This document shows, in pieces, positions 40,101 through 55,645 of a DNA stretch of 64,000 bases. Both the position numbers and the translations under genes were made by a program. Positions within the stretch are counted from its first letter, which is position 1; the number at the start of each line of letters is the position of its first letter. This stretch comes from Octopus vulgaris (lineage: Eukaryota): NCBI GenBank assembly GCA_951406725.2, contig OX597823.1, forward strand, positions 5,394,001-5,458,000, written 5' to 3'. The notes beneath the pieces were generated by a model, which worked only from the letters and a program-made list of their open reading frames with translations, did no database searches and was not told where the DNA came from.

Positions 40101-41579
40101 ACAAGTATAACTGGTGGTTTTCTTTATGTAATCAAAGGTGCCCTACTTTTTCCTGAAGTTAGTTATTTCCTACTCTTCTCCAACTCTGCCAACTCATGAA
40201 TCATTGGTCATCCCCACCCCTTATCCACCATTCCTTACATTCACCTTTCAACCCAACCCAATCTTTACAAATATCCCCTTCCTCCTTCATCCATTTCCCC
40301 ATTTTTCACTCCCCATGCACTCTTGCAACTTCTACTCACCAACAGTTCTGGTTCCTCTGTCTCCTCTTGCTTCTACTTACTTTATACCTTCAGTGTCCAC
40401 CCAAGCATCGCATTACTGTTATTTTTATCTCTTCCCAGTTCTCTCACAAATCACCCCCACCTTCTCTTCTAAAATATAAATAAAGAAACTTGCTCAACTC
40501 TAGCTCATTTTTTCATGCTTTAACCTCTCATCTCCAGGCCAGGCATAACTCCATCCCGTTGGAGTTCATAGTCTTCAAGCTGCATGGCAACCTCTTTAGT
40601 GCCGGTGCCATGAAAAAAAAAGCACCTAGCACATGCTGTAAGGTAGTTGGTATTAGGAAGGGCATCCAACTGTAGAAATCATGCTATAAGCAGACACCGC
40701 AGCATGATGCAGTTCTTGGACCCAACAAATTTTGTCAAATCATTCAACCAATGCCTGCATGAAACATTGATGTTAAGAGATGATGATGATGAAGATAATG
40801 ATGCTGGACTAATCCTCAATATGTCACTGCAGTCTTGTCTGTGCTTTTTTCTATTTTTCTTTTACCTGTTTGCACATGGTAATTGTGAGTTGTTGTGGAG
40901 TCAGGTGATTATTCCAAGCAATCATTACCTAAACAGAATATGAGTAATTTAACAAATAGAAAAGCCAATATTTATTATAATGTATATCTAGGGTTGATTA
41001 CTTTATTAAATATGCAAATGGTAACCTTGAAAAGCTGATGCGGCAATCCACTATATCAGAAAGATTAATTACTGAACTTCAACATTAAATTGTATGAACT
41101 TATTGTTAGTAATTCAAGATTTCACTCAGTCACAATCATTCAGATTGATTTCCTGTTTGAAGACACCATCTTCTCTCCTTCCCGCTGGTCTTGATAGACA
41201 CTCCCTACCACCTGGCTAAATGATAAAAATAGCAGCACAAATAAATATAACAAGAAGAACATTTGGTATAACTTACTAGTGCTAGTCCTTGTTCCTTTGC
41301 CATCTTAAACAGTTGTTCAACTTCCAGATGTTCACTGGCTGAAATTCAAAGTTTTAGAGTAATAGTGCTAAAGCTCAAGTATAAACAAAAACAAACATGC
41401 ACATGCATACATACAAGTGTGTGTGTCTGTATGTTTGTATGTATATGGGTACCAGTGTCCTGGTTTCTAAACTGAATAGATCATATGCTCAGAGCCCAAA
41501 AATTCTTGGAGACACAAGGTACATTATAAAAACTTGCATAGACCTATATCTCCAAGCAAGAAATTATTAGTAGCTTGTA

Positions 41580-41632
<53 letters not shown>

Positions 41633-44600
41633 GTATATGTATATTCTGTTGTGTATGGGGAGAGTCATTTTCTTTTCATGCCTTATAATTTAACACACTC
41701 ACCAGTAAAATTTCCACTTATTTCTTATTTTTATTTTCTAAAATTTTTGTTGCATCTTGCAACCTTTTCAATAGTCTTGACTCTGTCTGTTATTTACACT
41801 GTGTTCTTTTTTTTTGTTTGTGCGCATGTGTATGGGTCAGTGTGTGTGTGTGCATGCCTATGCATGCATGCATGTACGTATGTGTGTATGTATGTATGTA
41901 TACATGCATACATGCATACATATATACATACATACATGCATGCATACATACATACATACATACATATATATATATATATACAGAGAGAGAGGGAGTGATA
42001 AAGAAAGTGAGAGAGAGAAATAAATTGATAGATAGATAGATAGATAGATAGATATAGAATGCATAAGTACTGATACAACTGTGGTTAAAGAAGTTCTCTT
42101 GAGATCTCCTCACAATCAAATGATGATGATTATTATTTCATAACTATACTTCACCTTTGTTTCTCTCGCTCTCTAACCATATTTTTAGAATCTGTGACTA
42201 AGATATCCATAATAAACCATTCATTGTATATAACTTTGACAAGTATCAATACAGGTCATTTAACTTAGTCTGCAGTTTGAATGTTCAAGGTGTTTCATAA
42301 TCCAACTGCTGTTTGGTTTTCTGATAAAACGCCCCAAATTTATTGATAATTTATTTTTTTAGATAACAATTGTTATGATCTTTTTTTAAATCTAGGACAG
42401 CTGAAAGAAACATGCATAGTCTTGAACAATCAATCAGTTGACTTGTTATGGGTTCAACACAAACATTATGGGTTCAAGTATTGTTGCTTCAAACAAAGCA
42501 CTTGATTCCATCGCTCATGACTGATTGGTAAAGATTTAATTGCCAGTAGGTTTCAACAAACTGATCACAAGCATGCTTCAGTTGCTACAACAATAGCTTT
42601 TCACTGTTTTGAATTAGTTGCATACCATCTCCCAAACAGGTCCATGCATTCGTTTTGACCTGAGAAAGATAGTTAGTAGTACAGGAGATTAAATGACACC
42701 ATGCAATCCCTCATTATGCAGGCTTTGTGATGAGAAACAGAGAGGAGTAGTGAACAGCAGAGGTAGCAACAAGATATGAAAGAGATCAAATAAACATAAG
42801 AAATACTAGATGAAGGCTGAGTAGGTTCAAAATGAGTGAAAGATACAGATATATGTTGATGTGTATTTGTGTGTATATATATATATAGATCGCTACCCAC
42901 TACACATTCTTTATTTTCTCTCCTTGTTTCTTTCTGTGTTCCATTCTGAGGAAGAGCATAGGCTTGAAGCGTTAAAGACTTTTTCAAAATTCCTGAGCGT
43001 TATACTAATACATCTGTTTGTTGTCTACACCACCTGTCTTCGTCTTTTGTTTTGTGAATTCTCCATAGATATATATATATATAATATAAATAATATAGAA
43101 ATATATGCTTATATATATATATATATATATCGTGATCACCGTGACCGACCAGGCTATCAGATGTTGCTACACATCGCTGGTCACAATGCGCTTCGCATTG
43201 TTTTAGCTTTGAAATGACGCCACCCCACTGGCTAAGTGAGCAGGCCTTATATATATATATATATACACACATACATATATATATATACAGAGGGGGAGAG
43301 AGATGTGTGTATATGTATCTTTTATTTTTTACTTGCTTCAGTTATTGTGGCCATGCTGGAGCACCACCTTGAAAAGTTTTAGTCAAACAAATTCACTCTA
43401 GTACTTAGGTTTATTTAAGTCTGATACTTATTCTGTTGTTCTTTTTTGCTGAACTGGTAAGTTACAGGGACATAAACAAACTAAGTAGTGGTGATGGGCC
43501 TGACAAACACACACACACATGCACGCACGCACGCACACACACACACACACGCACGCACATATGCACACACACACACACACACACACATACACACACACAC
43601 ACACAACAGGCTTTCATATGGTTTCCATCTACCAAACTTACTCATACGGTATGAGGTGGTATCAAAAAGTTCCTGTACTAGTTACGTTTACGCAAAAATA
43701 ACTTATTTACCCAAGTTTTAACATCATCTCCTTCGAAATAGCCACCTTGTGCAGCAATACACCAGTCCCGTCATTCCTGCCACTTTTTCCTGTGAGTTGA
43801 GGGCCTTCTGTGATTTGCTCTGGATATCATCAATGGTATTAAAACAACAATCTTTGAGCTGACGTTTCATCTTGGGGAAGCAACAGAAGCCTGCAGGTGC
43901 TAAATCTGGCAAATAGGGTGGATGCAGAAGTGATACCATGTTGTTTTTGGTGAGAAACTTGCAACTGACAAGAGGTCAGTGATGCCACATGTTCAATTCA
44001 GATATTAGGATTGCTCCCACAAACCCATATGACAGACGAACAACATCAGCAATGTTGTGGATGTTCCTCTGACTATCCTCATGCACAAGCTGATGAATTT
44101 TCTCTAAATTTCTACGGGTGATGCTTGTGGCAGGTCTTTCAGATCACTCATTGACTTCCAAGAATGTTCTTCAGCTTTTGATGCACCTGTACCACTTGAG
44201 ATGTAGTGTACAACCCATTGCTTTGTCACCATAAGCTTGCTGAAGCATGTGCACTGTCTCTGCAGCAGATTTCTCAAGTTTAATGCAAAATTTCACGTTA
44301 GCTCTTTGTTCCCACTTCCTGTCCGTGACAAAAATAGCAGACTACAGCACACACATGATCACAGAAACATGGATTTCACAACTTGCAAAGTAAATACACA
44401 AATGTTACTTGGCACACGGCCTCATGGAGGTCACTGCTAGCTCTCAAACACATGCAACCATCTGCTGCCATCTTTTGGCATGCTACAGAACTAGTTCAGA
44501 AACTTCTTGATACCACCTCATATTGGTTGACCTAGGACTATAGTAGAAGACACAAACATACATGCACACATACATACATACATACATACATACATACATA

Positions 44601-44708
44601 CATACATACATACATACATACATACATACACACACACACATACATACATACATACATGCATACATACATACATACATACATACATACACACATACATACA
44701 TACATACA

Positions 44709-44741
<33 letters not shown>

Positions 44742-47700
44742 TTTTGTGTCTCCTTGCCTTGACATTACCTAATAGTTGTAAACTAGCAACCTCTGCCACA
44801 GAAGTGATCTCATTTATTTCCAATCCTGTGTGAAAATATGTCAACTCATACAAAAATATTACCTTACTTGGAAACAGGTGATGGCTGGCAACATGAAAGG
44901 TATCTGGTTATAAAAAATTTCTACCTCAAAGAATTCCATCTGGCCAATGCAAGCATGAAAAAGTGGACATTAAAAACGATGATGATGATGATGACCTATA
45001 TTACAGAAAAGTATTTCTAAAGCTAATACAATACCTTCTCTATATCTCTGAGAGTAGATCCAAGTACATTTCACAAAGATATAAAATACTATTTCCCAGG
45101 TATCAAGAGGCTAATTCTTTTTTTAACTCAGTATTGGCCTCTTGACACCAAAACAGACTCTGTGGTATTTATATATATTTAGTTAGTTTTGTTTAACTTA
45201 GTAAAATCTATTTTCAGTGAGTGATTTCCTCTCAGGATTAATGACTAACTCTTCTGCCTTGTGATTAAGTTATTAAGTATGCTGCAGAGACGCCGGTGAT
45301 ACACACTTTTGATACCATGCCTAGCTTTATGTTACAAACTTCCTGTTTCAAAGCGATCTAAAAACTTCCATCAAAATTTTATTTAATTTTTGCCCTAAAT
45401 GCCATTTCAATAATGACAAAATTAATTCACTAAATTCTTGAATGAATCATCACTGAATAATTTTGTCTGAGATACACTTTACTAGGAAAGATGTGATAGT
45501 CATAGTTGGAACACCTTTGTTCATCAATATTCTCAGTCATGGCTAAACGACATACCTGTGACCAGTTTTCCATCCAGCATCCATACATTAGGTAGACTGT
45601 CAATCAAGTGAATACGATCTGAAAAACGGAGAGAAATTCCACACTTAGTTGTAAATGATAAACAATTGTTTTTAAACTCACATTTCACAGTCATCATTGC
45701 CATAAAGATGGTGAATTAGTAGAGTGGTTAGAGCACTGAATAAAATGCCTCATGACATTTGTTCAGACTCAAATTTTGCTCAAGTCCACTTTGCTTTTTA
45801 TTCTTTCAGGGTCCCTAAAAATGTACTAATCCATGGTTGTAGATTGATAGAACTGTAATGTCGGACCAAATGCTTTGTGGTACTTGTTCCAGTGCTTTGC
45901 GTTCTAAGTTCAAATCCCACCATAACCTATTTAGGTGACAAGCAATTTGTTGCCCAGTTTAACACCGACACCTGGTACCTTTAGCTGAATTCAATATTTT
46001 GCAAGCATTTAGGTCAGGTCCCCAATTCAAAGAAATCTTCCTTCTTCCCTCCTACCTGTTTCAAAGGGTCATGGACACCTATCCCCAAAAAGAAATTTGG
46101 GTTTTGTGTCTATACTAAAAATCATTATTGTTGTTATTTAATTTCAGGTCTAATACTGATTAATTCTTATGATACCAACCCACCTGAGACCATCACTGGT
46201 TTTATGATACAAACTGCCTGTTTTAAAATGAGCTAAATTTAACATCAAAATTTTATATTTATTTGTGCTCCAAATACCAGCATAATAATAATTTCTAATA
46301 TAAGCACGAGCCCTGAGGCCTTCAGGAGGGGGCTAATTGATTATGTTGACTCCAGTACCTGACTGGTATTTTATTTTGTCAACCCCAAAAACATGAAAGG
46401 TAAAGTTTACCTCAGATACTCAGAACTTAAAGTTTTGGAATAACTATCACAAGGTACTATTTCTGATGCTCTAATGGATCTGCCAGATTACCGTCTTATG
46501 CACCAACTTAATAACATCAGAGTTATTTTAGTAAATTCTTCATTATTTCCAAAATCAATTAAAACAAAGGCAGTAGACTTCAACAGAAATATCGAAACAA
46601 AAGCGTTAAGCAAACTCATGATCAAAAGTATTCCCACTGTGACCATCTCTTCTTTTTTGCCCCTTTTTTTCAGGTGTAATATATCTAAAATGACATTTTC
46701 TAATGTATCTTTTTTTTTTAAGACATTAAGATATGATATGAGAGAGATTTGACTGCTATTTCTCACAAGTCAAATGAGTAACTACATAAAGACTGCAATC
46801 ATTGGTTCCTTATTATTGTTTTGTCATTGGTGGTGGTGGTGGTAGCAGTGGCAGTAATAACAAAAGTAAAGAAGAATATACATATATACTTACAGAGTTT
46901 TTCTTTCTCTAAGTTTGGATTACCAAAAAGCATCAGGTCCAGTATTTGAATGTGTCTAATTTTTAATAATTCTGACCAAGAAACTTGATTGTGAGACAAG
47001 TTGAGGCAACCCAGAGCAATGAAGGGTGTTAAACCATCTAGACATGTAATCTGAAAAGAAAACATTTTGTGATCCTGAGCAGTGTCTTGTTGGCCAGAAG
47101 CACAGAAATAAATTAGTTATGCATTTAGACCAGTGTTTCTTAACATTTTTGATACTATCTCACCTGACACTGTTCCTAGTTCTACAATACTAACTTTCTA
47201 TTTTAAGGTGATCTAGATTTTAAATCTTCCATCAAAATTTCATGGTAATTTATGCTCAAAACACCATTTTCCTAATGGCAAAGTTGTTTTGTTAAATTCT
47301 TTATTTTCAAAATTAATTGAAACAAAGGAAGAATGTCTCAATAGGAATATGGTAATAAAAGGATGAAACTTTTTTAAGTCTTCCATCCACTCTTTATACT
47401 GTGAATAACCATGCAGGTCCTCCACAGTAAGAAACATGTTCTGTTCTGGCCCTATCTTCCATTAACCACCTTACCTACAAGGATAAAGCCACCTCTTTCT
47501 CTCTACTATTGTTCCACTCATAGTTCCACTCAGTCAAAGGGGATTTCAGTCTTGCAAACTGCATGGTAACCTCGCTAGTGCTGGTGTTAAAAAAAATCAT
47601 CTCAGTATCCTCTGAAAGTGGTTAGCATTAGGAAGGGCATCCAATCATAGAAAGAATGGCAAAACAGACATGAGTGCATAATGCAATCCTTGGATCTGTC

Positions 47701-48860
47701 AGATCTACTGAAACTGTCCAGCCCATGCCAGCATAGGAGATAGACATTAAAAGAAGGTGATGATAATGCTGCCCTCTTTTCTTTTATTGACACTTTTTCT
47801 ATGCCCCCTTGCTATACTTCAATGCCCTCTATCCACTCGCCCATTTGTAATGACCATACACGTAATATTATCACACCAAAATAATTTAGTTCTGGTCACT
47901 AGTTTGACACAAGTAACCATTTACTATAAGCTTAGTTCATTTATTTCCATTTCAACATCCATTATTCGTTGATGTTGTTATTGTTATTGGTGATGTGGTT
48001 GTGGCTGATAAGCAGTTGATCATATTATTACATTTAGAATTTTTGTCTTGCCTAATTTTTAAATAGGAGACTAGAAAAAGGAACTGTATAGGTGTATCTG
48101 TCATCTTCCCACTTCCTTCCTTTGTCCCTGATAGTCATATAAGATTTTCCAACAACATCTGGCTGGAGGGAACAGTATCATCCACTTTGAGAAGCTCTGA
48201 TTCAGAGTAAATACCACAACTTTTCATCAATTTTGAAAGGAAGAGTATATTGAATCCTTCTACATCCAAATTCTACTGCATATGAAAAAAGACAACAAAT
48301 CTGTTCAATCAAGGCTATATACCAAACTGAGAAAATAATCTTTAGACTACTATATAAACCAGGAACAACCAATATTTGTAAGATGTGCTAGAGATGGTTA
48401 AACCTCTCCCCAAACCCATATAAATCAGGAACAATTGATATTTGCTTGATGTGCTTAAGATAACCAAACATGAATACCTTGTTAAAACTCAGATCCACTT
48501 TCCAAAGATTTTGATAGAAAGCAATGTTGCTAATATCTTCAATGTGATTCTGACTCAAGTCGAGGACCTCAAGCTGTTGGTAGTTTTCCAAGCTTTTCAT
48601 GAATGCTTACAGAAACAAAAGAAAAAGAAAAGGAAATATTAATTAATCAAGCACATTTACACATATATATATATATATATATATACATATAGGCACAGGC
48701 GAGGCTGTGCAGTAAGTAGCTTGCTTACCAACCACATGGTTCTGGGTTCAGTCCTACTGCATGGCACCTTGGGCAAGTGTCTTCTAATATAGCCTCAGGC
48801 CAACCAAAGCCTTGTGAGGGAATTTGGTGGATGGAAACTGAAAGTAGCCCGTTGTATGTA

Positions 48861-48938
<78 letters not shown>

Positions 48939-49207
48939 TGCATGTGTTTGTGTGTCTGTGTTTGTTCTCTCACCGATACTGGTGTGTTTACATCCCCATA
49001 ACTTAGAGGTTTGGCAAAAGAGACCGATAGAATAAGTTCTGGGGTCGATTTGTTTGACTAAAGGCTGTGCTCCAGCATGGCCACAGTCAAATGACTGAAA
49101 CAAATAAAAGAATTAAAAAATATTAAGAAAATTTTTATACATGTATGTATGTGTGTATCTATCTATGTATCTATGTATGTATGTATGTATGTATGTATGT
49201 ATGTATG

Positions 49208-49305
<98 letters not shown>

Positions 49306-49720
49306 CGCAGGAGTGGCTGTGTGGTAAGTAGCTTGCTAACCAGCCACATGGTTCCGGGTTCAGTCCCACTGCGTGGAATCTTGGGCAAGTGTGTATTCTG
49401 CTATAGCCCCGGGCCGACCAATGCCTTGTGAGTGGATTTGGTAGACGGAAACTGAAAGAAGCCTGTCATATCATCATCATCATCATCATCGTTTAATATA
49501 TGTATATATGTGTGTGTGTTTGTCCCCCTAGCATTGCTTGACAACCGATGCTGGTGTGTTTACGTCCCCGTCACTTAGCGGTTCGGCAAAAGAGACCGAT
49601 AGAATAAGTACTGGGCTTACAAAGAATAAGTCCCGGGGTCGATTTGCTCGACTAAAGGCAGTGCTCCAGCATGGCCACAGTCAAATGACTGAAACAAGTA
49701 AAAGAGTAAAAAGAGTAAAG

Positions 49721-49754
<34 letters not shown>

Positions 49755-50906
49755 GTCCACACACAGGGTGCAATGGGTAAATTGTCAACTACACAGTATA
49801 GCTGGGTCAGTTGGGCCACTGTCTGAGAAAAACAGAACCATGATGCAATTCACTTTGCCAGAAATTTGGAATCGTCATGCTGTACTGCTTGGCATTTGCA
49901 TTGGAATCTCCAATATGAACGTTTCAGAGTGTTTGGGTGTCAACCTGAGGACAATGCAGAGGAATCAGAAAGGTTGGATGAGTCTAATGGTAATTACGAA
50001 GGTACAGCAGCTTGGAAAACACACTCTGATCTGATAAGAAAAGAACTCCTGAATTTGTTGGTGAGCTCCAGGCCATAATTGACAACGATCTCCCTAAGCC
50101 AATCAGGTCCACTGACAGAGACATGGGAATGTCTGAGTTTCTTATCAGGCATGTAGTGCATAAAGACATTCAGTATTCCTCATATAAGATGGGAAAGGGC
50201 CAATTTCTATCTCAAGCCATCAAGGACAAGAGGAAAGACCACACTATGAAGCTTTTGAACAAACTCAAACATACTTTCCAACTGAACATGCTTTGGTTTT
50301 TCTCAAATAAGAAAAATTTTTGTCAGGATCAGATGGTGAACATACAGAACACATTTGAGGGAAGACATTCGGCAAAGCGATCTGTGGGGCACAAATAACT
50401 GGATTCTTCACCAAACTCTCCTCCCTTGTGAGTTTCTCACCAAAAATCGCAAACAACAACATACATGTGGTCACAAAAACACAAATTTCACAACTTGCAA
50501 AGTAAACACAGTGCTGTCACTCAGCACACTGCTAGCTCTCACTGTATCTGCAGCCATGTGCTGCCATCTGTTGGCATGCTGCAGAAGTAGTCCAAGAACT
50601 TTTTTATATCACCTCATATATATATATAAAGAATTTCATTGAAGTAATTTTCCCCACATTGTGAGTTATGATGTAAAACTATATAATAAAAGAAGGAAAA
50701 TGCACATAGTTTATATATTTATAATATATTTTAAAGGGTAGAGTAATATAATAGTTGACCAGTTTCACATTCGCTAATTATAACATTGAAATTGGTGAAA
50801 ATATTACAATTTTGTATTTTCCCTAAGAAGTTTTTAGTCCATGTACTTACATGAGAGTTTTTACACACACACACACGCACATGTACACACACACACACAC
50901 ACACAG

Positions 50907-50937
<31 letters not shown>

Positions 50938-53477
50938 ATATTATTATCCTTCATTGTTCATGACTTCTTGGTCAACATTCAACTAGCTTTTCAATGTCTT
51001 GACAACAGAAATCACTGTGTCTTGACTTAGTTCATTGAGTCACGGTTTTAGCTCCACATTGTTTCAGAATAGAATGCTTCACAGACTGTTGGAGAGTTAC
51101 TGAAAAATATGGTAATCTTTCATTCATTTGTTGAATAACTCTTAATGACATGATTCAAATCATAACTTTTTTAAATAAGAAAAATGTTTAACTCCTAATA
51201 TTTGTTATAATCTCTATAATTCATGCTGCAGTTATTATTTTTGATGTTGCAAACATTGAAAATAACCAAATTCACTATTTTTGAAATAAGATTTATAGAG
51301 GAGGAGCAGTACTTATGACCATAGCTGATCCTCACAAGTTGATGAGAACGATGTGGGTTGATATTTAATTTCAACATCATTAAGTTTATGTCTGTAGGAA
51401 AAATATTGGCAGAAGGGAAAATTTCAGAGAGATACAGTACAGGGGGAAGAAGACAACAGGGAAAGAGACGAATGGCAGGGTCTAAATAGGAAAAGTTAGA
51501 AGGTATCTAGTAAAAACTAACAGTAGAAGTGTAACGGAGAAGTAATAGTGCATTTATGAGTTAGGGGCTCAGCTACTGACGTTAAGAGAGGGTTTGCAAC
51601 CAATTTACCAGTTTAAAATTCTAAGATTTTGCCAGATACAGCAGGTTCTTAAGATAGTGTAGCTGAGTGGATGGTACAATGGCAGGAATATGACTATGAC
51701 AGCTAAGGGGGAGACAGTGGTCTGGGCTGTATCACAAGTATAATAAAATTTTTAACATGGATGCATGACTTGAAATTTGGCAGGAAGGGAACAGTTGATT
51801 ATATTAAGCCTGGATGTAGGATGTAGCTTCCCAGTGCCATAGCCAAAACGGTTGCCCCTTTCTCTACACTTGAATAACAACAAGAAAAAGGGTGTCTTGA
51901 ATTTTTGACTTACATAAACGGTACATGCATTGATTAGTGATAAAGCCTCACAATAAAATCTAGGTTACATTGCATGATAGAAAATCCATTTTGGTAACTG
52001 CCAACTGGATATTAAACATATTTTAAGATAATTATGAGAATTAGGAAATATGTTGTGTACGAGGAAGAAAACAGAACAAAATCCATTGTAAATAAAACAT
52101 TGTGCTTTCTTAGTTGTCTATGAGACTTTATGTAAATAGAATTAAATATCTTGACCAGGGATGTAACGTAACTTCTGAAATGTGAAGGTCTTGTGTGGTC
52201 AATAAATATGGAATGATCATCCATTCAGTCTCAGCTCCTCATTTGAAATAAAACAGTTGTCTGATGTAGATGTCATAATGCCTCCTATAAAGAAAACCAC
52301 GCACCATCTTTTATTTTTTATCTTTGTGGCCATACTGGGGCATTGCTTTGAACATTTAGCTGAATGAGTCAACTCCTGTACTTCTTTTTTTTAAGCCTAG
52401 TATTTATTCTATCAATCTCTTTTGCTGAACAGCTAAGTTATGGGGGCATAAACACACCAACACTAGTTGTCAAGCAGTAATGGGAGACAAACATATACAC
52501 AAAGACACACACACATAGATATATATACATACGTACATATATGTGTGTGTGTGTGTGTATACGATGGGCTTCTTTCAGTTTCCATCTACGAAATCCACCC
52601 ACAAGGCTTTGGTCAGCCTGAGCCTATGGTAGAAGACACTTGCTCAAGGTGCCATGCAGTGAGACTGAACCCAGGACCATGTGGTTGGGAAGCAAGCTTC
52701 TTACCACACAGCCATGCCTGCACTTATATAAACATGTTGAGAATGAACCAACGAGGGAGCTTCAACATGGTTATTCAATCTGCTAGAAGTAGCAATAAAA
52801 TTTCTTTCAAACTGTACCCTATGTTTTAAAATGAATGACATGTCATACAATGCTATTCTAGATACATCATATCTCTGAGAAAAAATAAAAACAATAGTGT
52901 GTTATAGATGCTGTGTGATTGAAAAGCTTGCTTCCCAATCATGTAGTTTGGGTCTACCCATACTATGTGATACCTTAGGCAAATGTCTTTTGCTATAACC
53001 ATGGACAGACCAAAGCCCTAAGAATGAATTTAGTGGATGGAAACTGAAAGAAGCCCATTTTGTATGTGTGTGTGTGTGTGCATTAATATCAAACCATTGA
53101 GAATGAGTGTTCAACACCACACTGATGGGTAATATTCTTTATTTGTGGATTAACAAGGCTACCATTGGTTTCATGCCAAGAGAAATCACTCAACAGTTAT
53201 AAAAGCCTGCTGCATGGAAAGTTGGTACTCAACCAAGATGGAAATGAATACCAATATTCCATGTAGCAGGGTTAATAATTGTTGAGAGATTTCTCTCGGC
53301 ATGATATCAATGATCGGCTTGTTAATCCACAAATTAAATATATATATATTATATACATATATAGGTATGTACGTATGCACGTATATATGTTTGTATGTGT
53401 GTGTGCGTGTGAGTGAGTGAGTGTGTGTGTGTATGCGTGAGTGTGTGTGTGTGCGCATGTGCATGCATGTGTGTGTG

Positions 53478-53513
<36 letters not shown>

Positions 53514-55592
53514 GGTCAATGGCTCATCAGAACAATGTCATCATTTATGATGAATCAATACTCACACTTTTACCCACTTTGCAACAAGTTTATATCTGTA
53601 GGTATCCCTAAGAAGATTTCAACCCTGACTGTTCTGCCCCTTTTGTGAATCATATAAGTGGTTCAGGCATGACATGTATAGTCATAGCATAGAATTCTCT
53701 TGACCCTTTAGTTGTTTTACATGGCAGAGTTAATGTCAAAGGTATTTTGGCTGATCGTGTCCATCTTACAGTACAATCATTGTACCTTGAATGTAGTGCA
53801 CTCTTCCAGCACAATAGTTTGCTGATTCATATGGTTAATGTTATTTAAAATTGGTATGAAGTGCTCAAAAGTGAAGTAGACCACTTAGATTCCATTCCAC
53901 ACACACATACAATCAAGATATCTCCATACGATTGAACATTTATGGTTCATTTTGAAACAGCAAGTGAGGACTCACTTTCCTGTGCCATCTTTGCTGAAAG
54001 AGCTAAAGTAGGTTTTACTCAAAGAATGGTTCAAAATTCCCCTAACAGCTGTGATTGGTGTCAAAGGTAGACCTCAATCTTCTATTTATCAAGATATTTC
54101 CATTATTTTTGTCCAACCCTTGTAGATGGCTAACTAAACTACATAATATTTCACTGTATCTCTGTGCAAGGAACTTCATTCGGAGTAATGAACCTGATTT
54201 CCAGATCAGTAACATCCTGCCAAGGAATAAATTTATAATTCTCATCCATTTCACACTAAGCTGTTGCCTAATATGATATTTGCCTTTACATAATGAATGT
54301 TGTTATGAGAAACTGTAAGATAGTAATTTTCTAAAGGACATCTGAGATATGAATAGAATGATCTTAAACAAGGATTGAAGTCACATTGCTAACTTGATTC
54401 ACTAAGAAATTTGTGCTGAATTACAATTGGACAAACATATTAGAAATAATCTTACCTGCTGTAGGCATACAGGACCTGAAATTTTTGGAGAAGGAGCTAG
54501 TCAATTATATCAACCCCATTGCTCAACTGGTACTTATTTCATTGACACCGAAAGGATAAAAGGTAAAGTTGATCTCAGCAGAATTTGAATTCACAATGGA
54601 TTACTGACTGGTAATTCAAGCTAGATGTGGACAAGTGTGTCACCATGCACTTTGAGGGGAAAAACTTAGCTTTTACATACTCCCCCAACACCAATTTTAA
54701 GAAGTCTGTTAGTGAACATGATCTGGATATTATTGTAAACAGCAATCTGCATTGGACAAAGCACATATCTAAAACTGTCAAGAAGGCTGAGGGTGTCTTA
54801 GCATTACTTGGTCAGACTTTTGTCAGCTGCTCTCCAGTTATCTAGTTTAAACTGTATGTGACAATGGTACGCTCACACTTAGAGTTTGCATCACCAGTCT
54901 GGAACCCTTATCTTGCTCAGCACATCAATCTCCGGGAAACTGTTCAGAAACGTGCAACCAAATGGCTATCTGCCATCAGGCATCTACCATACTCTGAATG
55001 TTTTGCTTCTATGGGCATGGACACATCGAAGCTCAGATGTCTGACAACTGACTTGGTAGACACCCGCAAGATTATTCACCATCTTTCCAACAACAACCTT
55101 GGGCACCTTTTTGAATTACATATGTCAAACACTTGTGGGCATGGTTACAAAATCAAAAAGCAACACAGCACCCATGAGTTTTGGAAACATTATTTGACAC
55201 TCATTATTATTATTTTCTCTTTATCTCAGGGTTTTGTTTGAGCTCCTGGAGTCTTGCATGCATAACGGACTTAATACCTGCAGCCTACAGTACCATGCTA
55301 TTTGTTCTTTTCAGCTATCTAATACTTTCCTGTTTATTCTGGCCCTGCCAAGGAGGCAAACCTTTTGTAACAGTTCTACTGGGCACTCTATTCCAATTTC
55401 CTTTATATTTCTCTTGATGCCTTCTGATACTGTTCTCAAGGACCCAACAATAATTGGCACTATCTTCTCCTTCTTCATTTTCCATAGCCAAGCTATTTTG
55501 TACTTAAGAGGGTTGTATCTATCTATCTTTTTTCCCTCCTTCTTGACTATTCAAAGGTCAAAGGGTCATGCAACATCAACTATATAGCATAT

Positions 55593-55645
<53 letters not shown>

